Source: Candidatus Kaiserbacteria bacterium (GTDB lineage Bacteria > Patescibacteriota > Minisyncoccia > Phycocordibacterales > Phycocordibacteraceae). From it: 64,000 bases of DNA. The translations under genes were made by a program, and so were the position numbers. Positions 46,134-56,052 of this stretch are shown in pieces; the first letter of the stretch is position 1, and each line of letters opens with the position of its first letter. Where the stretch lies: assembly GCA_027451665.1 (NCBI GenBank), contig DAIDIW010000001.1, positions 5,354 to 69,353 of the forward strand. The letters are read 5' to 3'. Under the pieces are notes generated by a model. It searched no databases. It was not told the origin of the DNA and saw only the letters and a list, made by a program, of their open reading frames with translations.

Positions 46134-47605
46134 TTCGGCAGCAGGATTAGGGATGCGGTAGTCGTGGATCCAGGCGAGAGCGCATACGGCGGGACAGGGT
46201 TGGCGGCATCGATCGTATAATTTGGAAGCGTAAGCGAGTATGTGTCCCACTCGAGCGTGAGCCCTTGGGTGCCGTCGTTCCCCGTCGATGCTGTGACGAC
46301 GGTCTTCGGTATAGGCGTCCCATTGTTCTCATACCCTTTCGTCTTTGCGCCTGTCAGCGTGAAGGAGACGTTCGGGAGTGGGAACGGACCGGCGAGGTAT
46401 GAGAGCGACCACTCGTCTATGGAGGGTGAGGAACTTGCGTTGCCCGTGAAGGTCGCTCCTACCGCGAGTCTCGGATAGGTCGAGGTCGAGACGGACTCGA
46501 GGTTCACCGGGAAGATGGTGAAACCGGTGCTGTTCCCCGGGAGCACGCTGTCCGGGAGGAGCGTTCCGCTCGCGTCATATATATGGAGCGCGACGGATGA
46601 GCCGCTCGGAGCCGAAGTCGTCGCCATAAGCCTTCCCCACTGCAGGAGATAGCTCGAGCTCGTCGCGATACTCCTGGCGCTTCCCGTGCTCGCGCCCGAA
46701 AGGAGACTGAGCGCACCGCCTGAGACCGTGGTAGAGCTCATGGCCGCGAGCTTCGAGGTGCCCGAGAATGAATCAGAGAACGTGCTTGTTGCGGCCGGTG
46801 AATATGTCGCGAGATTTAGATGAGCGAGCACATCGATCGCAAAGGTCTGCGTCGTCGTCTGGTCCTGCACGACCGTGAGATAGCCGGGATTCGGATTCTG
46901 GTTCGTCGCATCGCGCGCGTAGGTCTGCGCGGACGAGTATCCGCTACGGGATACGGAGACTTCGTAGCTCGAGCTCGTAGCGGCACCCGGCAGGTCCACG
47001 ATGCCGGCCGTATCGGTGTAGGTCGTCACGTCGATTACGGGAGAGGTCGATGCATTCATGATGTGCACCGTCGCATCGGAGACCGGGTTGCCGGAGGCGT
47101 TCACGACGTTGATCTCAAGCGTGCCTCCGCCGCTCGTGGTCTCGATGCCTGGCGGTGCGAAGTTAGAAACAAGGACAACCGAGCGCGTGGTCCCGCCGAT
47201 CGTATATGAGACGGCGACACGCGCGCGCTTATAATCCGTTGTGATGCCGTTCGTATCGTTCGCGCCGAGGCCGTCGGCAGGATCATCGACGTAGCTTATG
47301 AACGTATGCGTCTCATAGGGGATACCGTCCTCGGTCGTGGTCGCATCCTCAGGAACGACGCCTGACGGGATACCGCCTATGGTCCCCACGTTGTCGTAGG
47401 TGAGGCTGCGCAGGTACTCCATCTGCGTCTGTGCGAGCGCAGTGGCGCCTGCCTCCGCTTTCGCCAGAGTGGAGAGCAGGAGCGAGGCGCGCAGGATGCC
47501 GAACAGCGCGAGGAAGACGATGAGCATGAGCGCCACTCCCACGACGACCTCGATGAGCGTCATGCCACGCGTGCGCGCTGCGTACATGCTCGTATGATAG
47601 CGCAC
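46130..47605 (-). CDS. Large prepilin-type pseudopilin (PilV/FimT-like N-terminus)
   Basis: ARTRGMTLIEVVVGVALMLIVFLALFGI prepilin motif, followed by a long Thr/Ser-rich beta region. Confidence 0.65.
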   Translation of the reverse strand: MRYHTSMYAARTRGMTLIEVVVGVALMLIVFLALFGILRASLLLSTLAKAEAGATALAQTQMEYLRSLTYDNVGTIGGIPSGVVPEDATTTEDGIPYETHTFISYVDDPADGLGANDTNGITTDYKRARVAVSYTIGGTTRSVVLVSNFAPPGIETTSGGGTLEINVVNASGNPVSDATVHIMNASTSPVIDVTTYTDTAGIVDLPGAATSSSYEVSVSRSGYSSAQTYARDATNQNPNPGYLTVVQDQTTTQTFAIDVLAHLNLATYSPAATSTFSDSFSGTSKLAAMSSTTVSGGALSLLSGASTGSARSIATSSSYLLQWGRLMATTSAPSGSSVALHIYDASGTLLPDSVLPGNSTGFTIFPVNLESVSTSTYPRLAVGATFTGNASSSPSIDEWSLSYLAGPFPLPNVSFTLTGAKTKGYENNGTPIPKTVVTASTGNDGTQGLTLEWDTYSLTLPNYTIDAANPVPPYALSPGSTTTASLILLPK

Positions 47606-47625
47606 CGGCTGCGCGTTCTTCTCGG

Positions 47626-48840
47626 CTATCCGATGGCTGAAGACAACTGGTAGATCGGCGCGATCATAGAAATGGCAAAGATGCCGACGAATGTGCCGAT
47701 GATGAGCATGAGGACCGGTTCAATGATGGTCGAGAGGTCCTTCGTCTTCTCCTGCACGTCCTCTTCGTAGAATTCTGCGATTTGCTTTAGCATCTCGGCA
47801 ACCTTGCCGGTCTCCTCCCCCACCGAAAGCATATCGCTCATGAGGATCGGATACAGCTTCGGATGATTCACGAAAGAGGCCGAGAGGGGTTCGCCTTTGC
47901 GGACTGCCTCTTCGGCTTCGTCGATCACACGCGCAAAGAGGCCCGCGTGCACCACCTCCTTCGTAATGGACAGCGCGTCGAGCACCGGAACGCTTGAGGT
48001 GAGGAGCGAGGAAAGCGTGCGCGCGAAACGAGCGGCGTAGGTCTCGCGCACCAGTTCTCCGATCACCGGAAGCCTGAGCGCGATCCAAAGCACGACGGCG
48101 CTGCCGCGCGGCGACCGTATGAAAAGGTAGGTACCCACGAAGAACGCCACGAGACCGACGAACACGAGCGCGACGTTCGCGACCATGAAGTTGCTTATCG
48201 CAACGATGATGCGGGTCGCAAGCGGCACTTTTGCGCCGAGCGACGAGAACGTCTTCGTCAGGGTCGGGACCACGTAGATCATCATGAGCACGCCGACGAT
48301 GACGACCGCCGTGAGGACGATCGAAGGATAAATCATCGCACCCTTGATTTTCCGCGTGAGCTGCTCCGAGCGCTCCATCTGCATGCCGACGGTCGTGAGA
48401 GAATCCGCGAGGCCGCCTGATTCCTCGCCGGCCTTTACCATGGCGACGAATATGGGAGGAAAGACTTTCGAGTGTTCGGCGAGCGCCTCATGGAACGAAG
48501 ACCCGCGTCGGACGGATTCCGAGAGTTCGCTCATGACCTTCTTCAGGTATTTGTTGCTCGACTGTCGTTCGAGAACCGAGAGTGCACGCGAGAGCGAGAG
48601 GCCGGCCGTGAGCATCGCGGAGAGGTTCTTCGTCAGCCGCACGATCTCCTCGCGTTTTATCCCTGATCCGAACTGAATGTTCGCCCATGCAGGGAGCGTG
48701 AACCCGCTCCCTTCCTCGAGCGCGATGACAGAACCGCCTTCCTTCTCTATCTGCTCATAGACCGCGAAGCGCGTCGGCGCGTCGATAATGCGTACCGTGT
48801 CTCCCGCCCCCCCCCCTCGTATCGTCGCGCGGAATTTCAT
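47626..48840 (-). CDS. pilC: Type IV pilus inner-membrane platform protein PilC (GspF family)
   Basis: Two T2SS-F repeats and three TM regions, ending with IAPIYQL. Confidence 0.85.
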   Translation of the reverse strand: MKFRATIRGGGAGDTVRIIDAPTRFAVYEQIEKEGGSVIALEEGSGFTLPAWANIQFGSGIKREEIVRLTKNLSAMLTAGLSLSRALSVLERQSSNKYLKKVMSELSESVRRGSSFHEALAEHSKVFPPIFVAMVKAGEESGGLADSLTTVGMQMERSEQLTRKIKGAMIYPSIVLTAVVIVGVLMMIYVVPTLTKTFSSLGAKVPLATRIIVAISNFMVANVALVFVGLVAFFVGTYLFIRSPRGSAVVLWIALRLPVIGELVRETYAARFARTLSSLLTSSVPVLDALSITKEVVHAGLFARVIDEAEEAVRKGEPLSASFVNHPKLYPILMSDMLSVGEETGKVAEMLKQIAEFYEEDVQEKTKDLSTIIEPVLMLIIGTFVGIFAISMIAPIYQLSSAIG

Positions 48841-48841
48841 G

Positions 48842-50590
48842 CTATTCGGTGACTGCGCGGAGTACTTCCTCGAGCGAAGTTATGCCGCGTGCGGCCTTGT
48901 AGATCCCGTCTTCGAGCATCGTGAGCATACCCTCCTTCTTCGCCTGCCCCTCGATCGCATCGGTCGTCATGCTGTGCAGGATGATGTCGCGTATCGCCGG
49001 AGAGACGGGCAGTATCTCGTGGATGCCGATACGGCTCCGGTATCCGTCTTCGCAGTCGCCCCCCGGCACCGGGGTATAGAAGGCAAGATCATCGAGTCCA
49101 ACCGCCGTTTTTACCAGTTTCTCGGCGCGCAATTCCTTGAGCGCCGCCTGAAAGTCTTCATCTTTGGCGACCTTCGTGCGCGCGGTCGAGTCGAGCGTAT
49201 GCTCCTCCTTCGTGTCGCAGAGCTTTCTGACGAGGCGCTGGCCGACGACGACGCGCAGCGTCGAGGTGAGGAGAAACGGTTCGACGCCCATGTCGATGAG
49301 GCGTGGGATGGCGCCGGCGGCCGAGTTCGTATGGATGGTCGAGAGTACGAGGTGCCCGGTGAGCGCGGCGTTTATCGCGAGCGACGCGGTCTCACCGTCG
49401 CGGATCTCTCCTACCATGATGATGTTCGGGTCCTGGCGCAGGAGCGCGCGGAGTCCGGCGGCAAAGGTCATGCCGATCTGTGAGTTCACCTGGGTCTGGT
49501 TGACGCGCTTCATCTGATATTCAATCGGATCTTCGATAGTCGAGATATTCACGTCCGGCGTGTTGATGATGTCCATCATCGTATAGAGCGTCGTCGTCTT
49601 GCCGCTCCCGGTCGGTCCCGAGACGAGGATGATACCGGTCGTGGCCTTCATGGCCGCATGGAGCTGCTCGAGCCCGTCGCCATGGAAACCGAGCGTCTCG
49701 AGCGTGAACCCTTCCCCGGTTTCTCGTAGCAGACGCATCACGATCTTTTCGCCGAAGAAGGTCGGGAGAATGGAGACGCGGAATGAGACGCGGTCAGCTT
49801 CCGTCTCCATCTTGAAGCGACCGTCCTGAGGCAGGCGTTTCTCGTCGAGCTTCAGGTTCGAGAGCACTTTGATGCGTGCGACGATGCCGGCGGCCGCGGC
49901 TTTCGGCAAGGTCATCGCATCGTGGAGAATGCCGTCGATGCGATAGCGCACGAGCACCTGCTCTTCCATGGGCTCGATATGGACATCCGAGGCGCCCTGT
50001 GCGATTGCGTGCCGGAGCAAGGAATCGACGATGCGTACGATAGGCAAGTCCTCCGCCATCTTTTTGAGGTCATCGCCCGAGAGTTCCTTGTCGTTTTCCT
50101 TCACAAGCTGCAACTTCCCCGATTCGGTGGCGATGATGTCGCCGAACTCATCCTTCAGCGATTTCTGGTAGGAAAGGAGCGCGTGTTTGATACTCTCGGT
50201 GTCAGTAAGCCGCGGAAGGATCTTGAGCCCGGTCTTCTTGCGTACGCTCTCGATCGAGGCGAGGTCTTCCACGTCGAGCATCGCGACGTCGAGACTATCT
50301 CCCTCCTTCTTGAATGCGATGATGTTGTGCGTGCGTGCGATCGGCTCCGGGATGAGCGAGAGGATGTCCGCCGGTATCGGATGGTCTTTTAGGTTCACGA
50401 ACGGTATGCCGAGTACGTATGCCTGAATGCGCCGGAGCGCGTCTTCCGTAAGACTCCCGCGCGAGATAAGTATGTCACCGAGCGATTGTCCTCGCGTCCT
50501 CGCTTCTTCCGCCGCCGCATCGATATCCTTGCGCGCGACGAGGCCCGAATCGATGATGAACTCCTTGAGCTCCCCTTCCGAAACGTGCAT
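48842..50590 (-). CDS. pilB: Second PilB/GspE-family pilus assembly ATPase
   Basis: Start at MHVSEGELKEFIIDSGL (T2SSE_N). Walker A LVSGPTGSGKTTTLYTMM, followed by GEIRD. Confidence 0.85.
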   Translation of the reverse strand: MHVSEGELKEFIIDSGLVARKDIDAAAEEARTRGQSLGDILISRGSLTEDALRRIQAYVLGIPFVNLKDHPIPADILSLIPEPIARTHNIIAFKKEGDSLDVAMLDVEDLASIESVRKKTGLKILPRLTDTESIKHALLSYQKSLKDEFGDIIATESGKLQLVKENDKELSGDDLKKMAEDLPIVRIVDSLLRHAIAQGASDVHIEPMEEQVLVRYRIDGILHDAMTLPKAAAAGIVARIKVLSNLKLDEKRLPQDGRFKMETEADRVSFRVSILPTFFGEKIVMRLLRETGEGFTLETLGFHGDGLEQLHAAMKATTGIILVSGPTGSGKTTTLYTMMDIINTPDVNISTIEDPIEYQMKRVNQTQVNSQIGMTFAAGLRALLRQDPNIIMVGEIRDGETASLAINAALTGHLVLSTIHTNSAAGAIPRLIDMGVEPFLLTSTLRVVVGQRLVRKLCDTKEEHTLDSTARTKVAKDEDFQAALKELRAEKLVKTAVGLDDLAFYTPVPGGDCEDGYRSRIGIHEILPVSPAIRDIILHSMTTDAIEGQAKKEGMLTMLEDGIYKAARGITSLEEVLRAVTE

Positions 50591-50792
50591 GGTACTCGCA
50601 GTATACCGTGCAATCGCGCATGCATGCGCAGGCGTTTGTGCATGAAACGCTGGAGGTGCGCCGATACTTACCGTTTGGAAGCAGACAAAGGATTGCCTAC
50701 TCCATTGGTATATGGTATGTTTTAGCGAATGGATGTCCGCGGCGCGGACTTTCTTTATAAAGGTGAGAGACATACATATCCCATACAGACCT

Positions 50793-52187
50793 ATGATTGA
50801 CCTGAAGACCATAAATGCAGTGCTCGGCGAATTTGAAGATCGCGGCATCTCCCGCGAGACGATGATCGATGCGATCGAGAGCGCCATGGCGACGGCGTAC
50901 AAGCGCGAGTACGGGAAACGCGGCCAGGTGATTCGCGCGCATCTCGATCTCGATACAGGCACGGTCTCCTTCGAGCAGGTGAAGACCGTTGTCGACGAGT
51001 CGACCGTGCGTTTCCCGGACGAGGAGGAGCAGACGGCACAGGCGAAAGAAGCACACCATGCGCATCCGTTCCATCACGAGAACGAGGAGGAACTCGCCGA
51101 AGGCGAACTCCCCCGCTTCGACAGCGAGAAGCACATGCTTCTTACGAACGCGAAGCTTATTAAGAAAGGCGTAGAGCTCGGAGAGGAGATCATCTTCCCT
51201 TTGGAACCGCAGGACGACTTCGGCCGCATTGCCGCCCAGACGGCCAAGCAGGTCGTTATCCAGAAGGTTCGTGAGGCCGAGAAGCACTCTATGATGGAGG
51301 AATTCGGCGAGAAGAAGGGCGAAGTCGTTGGGGGTACGGTGCAGCGCATGGAGCGCGGCGCCATCTTCGTCGACCTCGGTCGTACGACGGGCATCATTCC
51401 CTACGAGGAGCAGATACCGGGCGAGCGATATCGTCCGGGCGAGCGCATTCGCGCGTATCTTTATAGCGTGGACGAAGGCTTCCGCGGCGTATACCTGCGC
51501 CTCTCTCGCGCGCACCCGCGCTTCGTCGTGAAGCTCTTTGAGCAGGAGGCACCTGAGCTCGCCTCGGGCGCGGTCGAAGTGAAGGCGCTTGCGCGCGAAC
51601 CTGGCAGCCGCACAAAGATCGCGGTCGCCTCGACGGATCCGCATGTCGACCCCGTCGGCTCGCTCGTCGGACAGCGCGGCGTGCGCGTATCGACCGTCAT
51701 GAGCGAACTTGGCGGCGAGCGCATTGATATCGTCGAGTGGAACGAAGACCCTAAGGAGTTCGTCCGCGAAGCACTTTCGCCGGCTTCACCGCTCGAGGTT
51801 GAGCTCAACGAGGATGATCATCGGGCGATGGTCGCCGTCTCGGAAGACGAGCAGTCGCTTGCGATAGGTAGAGGCGGTCAGAACGTGCGGCTCGCTGCGA
51901 AGCTCACCGGCTGGAATATCGATATCGTGTCGGCCGCGGGCACCGAAGTCGCTGAGAGCGATGGCGACTCCGTGGAGATGAAGGACGAGGCCGAGGAGCA
52001 CCGTGCGATGGACCCGGCGGTTGAAGCGGGCGTCGAGAGCGACGAGAGTCAGGAAGTCGTGACCGATGACCAGGACGAGGCAACGAGCCTCCCTGCCGAG
52101 GAAGAGCTCACCGCACTGCCGGATTCGGACGAGACGGTCGCGGATGCGGAAGAAGACCGCGACGACACAACGCAGGACAGTCAATAA
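50793..52187 (+). CDS. nusA: Transcription termination/antitermination factor NusA (with acidic C-terminal tail)
   Basis: Start at MIDLKTINAVLGEFEDRGISRE. S1 and KH domains are present (GEVVGGTVQRMERGAIFVDLG; AIGRGGQNVRLAAKLTGW). Confidence 0.85.
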   Translation: MIDLKTINAVLGEFEDRGISRETMIDAIESAMATAYKREYGKRGQVIRAHLDLDTGTVSFEQVKTVVDESTVRFPDEEEQTAQAKEAHHAHPFHHENEEELAEGELPRFDSEKHMLLTNAKLIKKGVELGEEIIFPLEPQDDFGRIAAQTAKQVVIQKVREAEKHSMMEEFGEKKGEVVGGTVQRMERGAIFVDLGRTTGIIPYEEQIPGERYRPGERIRAYLYSVDEGFRGVYLRLSRAHPRFVVKLFEQEAPELASGAVEVKALAREPGSRTKIAVASTDPHVDPVGSLVGQRGVRVSTVMSELGGERIDIVEWNEDPKEFVREALSPASPLEVELNEDDHRAMVAVSEDEQSLAIGRGGQNVRLAAKLTGWNIDIVSAAGTEVAESDGDSVEMKDEAEEHRAMDPAVEAGVESDESQEVVTDDQDEATSLPAEEELTALPDSDETVADAEEDRDDTTQDSQ

Positions 52188-52212
52188 TACCTAATCGAGT
52201 AATACAGAAATC

Positions 52213-52743
52213 ATGAATCTACTCCATGACATCGACTCGGGCGCGATGGATGCGATGAACGTCATCATCGAGATCCCGAAGAACTCCCATAATAAATATG
52301 AGATTGACAAGGAGACGGGACTCATAAAGCTCGATCGCGCGAATTATTCCGCAGCGGCATACCCGTTTGACTACGGGTTCGTGCCGCAGACTCTCTGGGA
52401 CGACGGCGATGCGCTCGATGTTATCGTCCTCACGACCTATCCGCTCGATGTCGGCGTACTCGTCGAGGCGCGTCCCGTCGCGCTCCTCGACATGCGTGAC
52501 GGGGATGATGAGGATCAGAAGGTCATCGCGGTGCCTGTCGAAGACAAGCGCTGGGATGATGTTCGGGATCTTGCCGATCTGAATCAGCATATGCTGAAGG
52601 AATTCACTCACTTTTTCGAGACGTATAAACAGTTGAAGGGGAAGCCGGTTGCAGTCACCATTCGCGGTTATAAGGGCCGTGCGGATGCCGAGGCGGCGTT
52701 CGAACGCGCGCGCAAGCGCTACGAAGAGAAGCGGTCTGCGTAA
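52213..52743 (+). CDS. ppa: Inorganic pyrophosphatase
   Basis: IIEIPKNSHNKYEID..., ..YPFDYGFVPQT and ..DGDALDVIVL: family I PPase motifs. Confidence 0.85.
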   Translation: MNLLHDIDSGAMDAMNVIIEIPKNSHNKYEIDKETGLIKLDRANYSAAAYPFDYGFVPQTLWDDGDALDVIVLTTYPLDVGVLVEARPVALLDMRDGDDEDQKVIAVPVEDKRWDDVRDLADLNQHMLKEFTHFFETYKQLKGKPVAVTIRGYKGRADAEAAFERARKRYEEKRSA

Positions 52744-52758
52744 ACATGCTTCTCCCCA

Positions 52759-52795
52759 GGACGTGCCCGCGGCGAAACCGCGGGCACGTCCGTAT
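52759..52795 (+). terminator. Rho-independent terminator after ppa
   Basis: GGACGTGCCCGCGG-cgaaa-CCGCGGGCACGTCC: a perfect 14-bp stem followed by GTATTTG. Confidence 0.7.
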
Positions 52796-52813
52796 TTGCG
52801 GTATCATGCGGCT

Positions 52814-53185
52814 ATGGATGAGAATCTCCTCGAAGAGCAGCAGAAGGAGCTCGTACCTCCTTCCCCTTCGGGAGGACCTATGCCCGGAACCTACATCAGA
52901 ACTTTTCCGGACGATGCGGAAACGGTTAAAGTCGGCGGCGAGCCGGATCTCGTTCCGCATACAAGAGCACAACTGTCTCCGCCCGAGCATCTGCCCGGCT
53001 CCGATACTCCTCCGCCTGCAGTGTTCGGAAAGAGTCCGCTGCAGCCGCGCAGCGCGAAACAACAGTCCTGGGGTACGGTAATCGCGATCATCATCATCGT
53101 GGTCATGGTCGTCATTGGGGCGTTTTATGCGTGGGGAAAGCGTGTCGCTGAGCGACAACAGTATCCGGTTTCCGCCAATCCGTGA
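52814..53185 (+). CDS. Hypothetical small Pro-rich protein with C-terminal TM helix
   Basis: Start at MDENLLEEQQKEL, ending with ...WGTVIAIIIIVVMVVIGAFYAWGKR (TM). The listed ORF start is upstream, overlapping ppa. Confidence 0.4.
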   Translation: MDENLLEEQQKELVPPSPSGGPMPGTYIRTFPDDAETVKVGGEPDLVPHTRAQLSPPEHLPGSDTPPPAVFGKSPLQPRSAKQQSWGTVIAIIIIVVMVVIGAFYAWGKRVAERQQYPVSANP

Positions 53186-53260
53186 GAGGGCGGAGATGCG
53201 CCTGTACGCGCGTGGTCGTGAAATTGCAGCGGGCACGCACACGGGGTAAAATCCCTTCCT

Positions 53261-53866
53261 ATGAAAAGCACTATTCCTCCCCGCGCCTCGATGCTTGTGC
53301 CTATGGTCATCGAGAAGAGCCAGTTCGGCGAACGGGCCTACGACATCTATTCACGTCTCCTCAAGGAGCGCATCATCTTTCTCGGGGGTCCCATCGATGA
53401 CGACGTCGCAAATCTCGTCATCGCGCAGTTGCTCTTTCTCGAAGCGGAGGATCCGAAAAAGGATATTGCGCTCTACGTGAATTCTCCGGGCGGCTATATC
53501 CATTCGGGACTCGCAATTGTGGATGCGATGAATCACGTGAAGCCCGATGTCTCGACTGTGGCGGTCGGCATGGCGGCGTCCATGGGTTCTATCATCCTGA
53601 CCTCGGGCGCTAAGGGGAAACGCTTCGCGCTTCCGCATGCTGAGGTGATGATCCATCAGCCGCACGGCGGGGCGGAAGGCCAGGCGACCGATATCGAGAT
53701 TTCGGCCAAGCACATACTCCAGCAGCGCGATCGCACGAACCGCATACTCGCGAAGACGACCGGCCAGCCGCTCGAGAAGATAGAGAAGGACGTGGATCGC
53801 GATTTCTTCATGACCGCGGACGAGGCGAAGAAGTACGGCATCGTCGACCAGGTATATAAGGCGTAA
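53261..53866 (+). CDS. clpP: ATP-dependent Clp protease proteolytic subunit
   Basis: GMAASMGS (Ser), MIHQP (His) and [13 protein letters not shown]...: ClpP catalytic-triad pattern. Confidence 0.9.
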   Translation: MKSTIPPRASMLVPMVIEKSQFGERAYDIYSRLLKERIIFLGGPIDDDVANLVIAQLLFLEAEDPKKDIALYVNSPGGYIHSGLAIVDAMNHVKPDVSTVAVGMAASMGSIILTSGAKGKRFALPHAEVMIHQPHGGAEGQATDIEISAKHILQQRDRTNRILAKTTGQPLEKIEKDVDRDFFMTADEAKKYGIVDQVYKA

Positions 53867-53877
53867 TCATCTGCTTC

Positions 53878-53914
53878 GGCAAAACGCCCGCGGCACTTCC
53901 GCGGACGTTTTGCC
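53878..53914 (+). terminator. Rho-independent terminator after clpP
   Basis: GGCAAAACGcCCGCGG-cacttc-CCGCGGaCGTTTTGCC hairpin. Confidence 0.65.
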
Positions 53915-54037
53915 GAATGGTGTCTTTTTAGGTAAGGTGAGCCCATTCCCGCTCCTCTGCCCCGCAGACACGGAAGCTCGGCTGGAATCCTCTATCGGCG
54001 AATCGGAACCGCTTCGGCGGATTAACTGAAACGGGAC

Positions 54038-55567
54038 ATGTCATTAAAAATCATTCTCATATTACTTGCGCTCAGCGGTGTCGGCGGCATTGCGCTTGGC
54101 TATGTCTTGCGCGTCCTCGTGGGACTCGCACAGCGCGGTTCAGTCGAGCTCGATATCAAGCAGAAGCTTCTCTCTGCGAAGGAGCAAGCCTCGAAGATTA
54201 TCGCGGATGCCGAGTATCGTGCCTCGGTCTTGGAGACCGAACGGCTCGGACCGGTCGAGGAGCGCGAGACGAAGCTCGCGATCCGCGAGGAACGATTGTC
54301 TACGCGCGAGGAATTCCTCGACGAACGACAGCGCGATCTCGACGAGAAGGAGGATGAACTCAAAGGGCGCGAACAGGAAGCGGCCCGCGTGAAGCAGGAT
54401 GCCGAGAAGATGGCGACGCAGCGCGCCAAGGAACTTGCGCATGTCGCGCATCTCACCGAAGAGAAGGCGCGCGAGCTTTTGTTCGAGGAGATTGAGCGTG
54501 CGAACGAGGAGGCGATACTTCTGCGCCTGCAGAAGCTTGAAGCGCACGGGCGCGAGCGGCTCGAAGAGCGCGCTCGCGCGATCCTCGTTTCTGCCATTCA
54601 TCGCCTCGGAAACGCGGTGAATGCCGATCTCATGAGCCTCTCCGTTGCCATCCCCTCCGAGGAGCTTAAAGGGAAGATTATTGGCAAGGAGGGACGCAAC
54701 ATTAAGGCGTTCGAGCGCGCCACCGGCGTCGACGTCCTCATCGATGATGCGCCCGATAAGATCACGCTTTCTTCCTTTGATCCGCTCCGAAGAACGATCG
54801 CGAAACTTGCACTTGAAGCGCTTATCGCCGACGGCCGCATACAACCGGCTAAGATTGAGGAGACTGTCGAGAAGACCAAGGCGGAGGTAAATGAAGTTAT
54901 CCGCCAGAAGGGTGAGGCGGCAGCGTATGAGACCGGCGTAATCGGCCTAGATCCGAAACTTATCCAACTCTTAGGCCGTCTCGCATTCCGTACGAGCTAC
55001 GGACAGAACGTGCTTCAGCACTCGATAGAGATGGCCCACATCGCCGGGATGCTCGCGGACGAGCTCGGTGCGGATGCTTCGGTAGCGCGCGCTGGCGCGC
55101 TGCTCCACGATATCGGCAAGGCGCTTGACCATGAGGTGCAAGGGACGCATGTCGAGATCGGTCGGCGCGTGCTCGAAAAGTTCGGCGTGGATGCGCGCGT
55201 CATCCAGGCTATGCAGTCGCATCATGAGGAGTACCCGTATGAGACACCTGAGGCGGTTATTGTGCAGGTTGCCGACGCGATAAGCGCTGGCCGTCCTGGC
55301 GCCAGGCGCGACACGGTCGATCGGTATCTCGAGCGGCTCGGCGATCTCGAGCGCCTCGCGAAGGGCTTCGAGGGCGTCGAGAAGGCGCATGCGCTTGCCG
55401 CAGGACGCGAGATCCGCATCTTTGTGAATCCGGGGAAGGTATCCGATGCCGCATTACATAAGCTCGCGCGCGATATCGCGACCCGCATCCAGACCGAGCT
55501 ACGTTATCCGGGCGAGATAAAGGTGAATGTGATCAAAGAAAACCGCGTAGTCGAATTTGCTCGCTAG
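54038..55567 (+). CDS. rny: Ribonuclease Y
   Basis: N-terminal TM, coiled coil, KH domain (IIGKEGRNIKAFERATGVDVLIDD) and HD domain (LLHDIGKA). Confidence 0.9.
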   Translation: MSLKIILILLALSGVGGIALGYVLRVLVGLAQRGSVELDIKQKLLSAKEQASKIIADAEYRASVLETERLGPVEERETKLAIREERLSTREEFLDERQRDLDEKEDELKGREQEAARVKQDAEKMATQRAKELAHVAHLTEEKARELLFEEIERANEEAILLRLQKLEAHGRERLEERARAILVSAIHRLGNAVNADLMSLSVAIPSEELKGKIIGKEGRNIKAFERATGVDVLIDDAPDKITLSSFDPLRRTIAKLALEALIADGRIQPAKIEETVEKTKAEVNEVIRQKGEAAAYETGVIGLDPKLIQLLGRLAFRTSYGQNVLQHSIEMAHIAGMLADELGADASVARAGALLHDIGKALDHEVQGTHVEIGRRVLEKFGVDARVIQAMQSHHEEYPYETPEAVIVQVADAISAGRPGARRDTVDRYLERLGDLERLAKGFEGVEKAHALAAGREIRIFVNPGKVSDAALHKLARDIATRIQTELRYPGEIKVNVIKENRVVEFAR

Positions 55568-55578
55568 CACGCGCTCGT

Positions 55579-55614
55579 AATCCCGCCCCGGGCACTACCC
55601 GGTGCGGGATTTTG
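55579..55614 (+). terminator. Rho-independent terminator after rny
   Basis: AATCCCGCcCCGGG-cacta-CCCGGtGCGGGATT followed by TTTG. Confidence 0.7.
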
Positions 55615-55724
55615 CATTATCCCCGAGGATAATCAACCCCTATTGCGTCAAAAATGGCGTTCTGTATGCTTTTTATAGCCCCGACCACCCCCGGCCGCGG
55701 TTTACCAGCTCGTAATGGAGTTTT

Positions 55725-56000
55725 ATGGCGAATAAAGCTGACATTGTGAATAAGGTGCACGAGACGCTCGGTTCCACAAAGGCGGATGCGGAGCGCGCGG
55801 TCGAGACCATGATTGACATGATCGTGACGAGCCTCAAGAACGGCGAGGAAGTATCGGTCGCCGGTCTCGGGATCTTCGCGACCAAGGCCCGTCCGGCACG
55901 CGAGGGCAGGAATCCTCGCACCGGTGAGACCATCCGTATTCCGGCCACTCGCACGGCAAAATTCCGCCCGGCGAAGGCCTTGAAGGACGCGGTCAAATAA
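55725..56000 (+). CDS. hup: DNA-binding protein HU
   Basis: MANKADIVNKVHETLGSTKADAERAVETMIDMIV...GLGIFATKARPAREGRNPRTGETIRIPA is an HU/IHF pattern. Candidate promoter TTGCGT-N16-TATGCT lies ~70 nt upstream. Confidence 0.9.
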   Translation: MANKADIVNKVHETLGSTKADAERAVETMIDMIVTSLKNGEEVSVAGLGIFATKARPAREGRNPRTGETIRIPATRTAKFRPAKALKDAVK

Positions 56001-56015
56001 GGCGCTGCCCCTCAT

Positions 56016-56052
56016 AACGAAAACCGCGGCGCTCGGCGGCGCGGTTTTCGTT
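56016..56052. terminator. Bidirectional terminator hairpin between hup and rarA (AACGAAAACCGC...GCGGTTTTCGTT)
   Basis: 12-bp outer stem with a T/A-tract, read directly. Confidence 0.6.
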
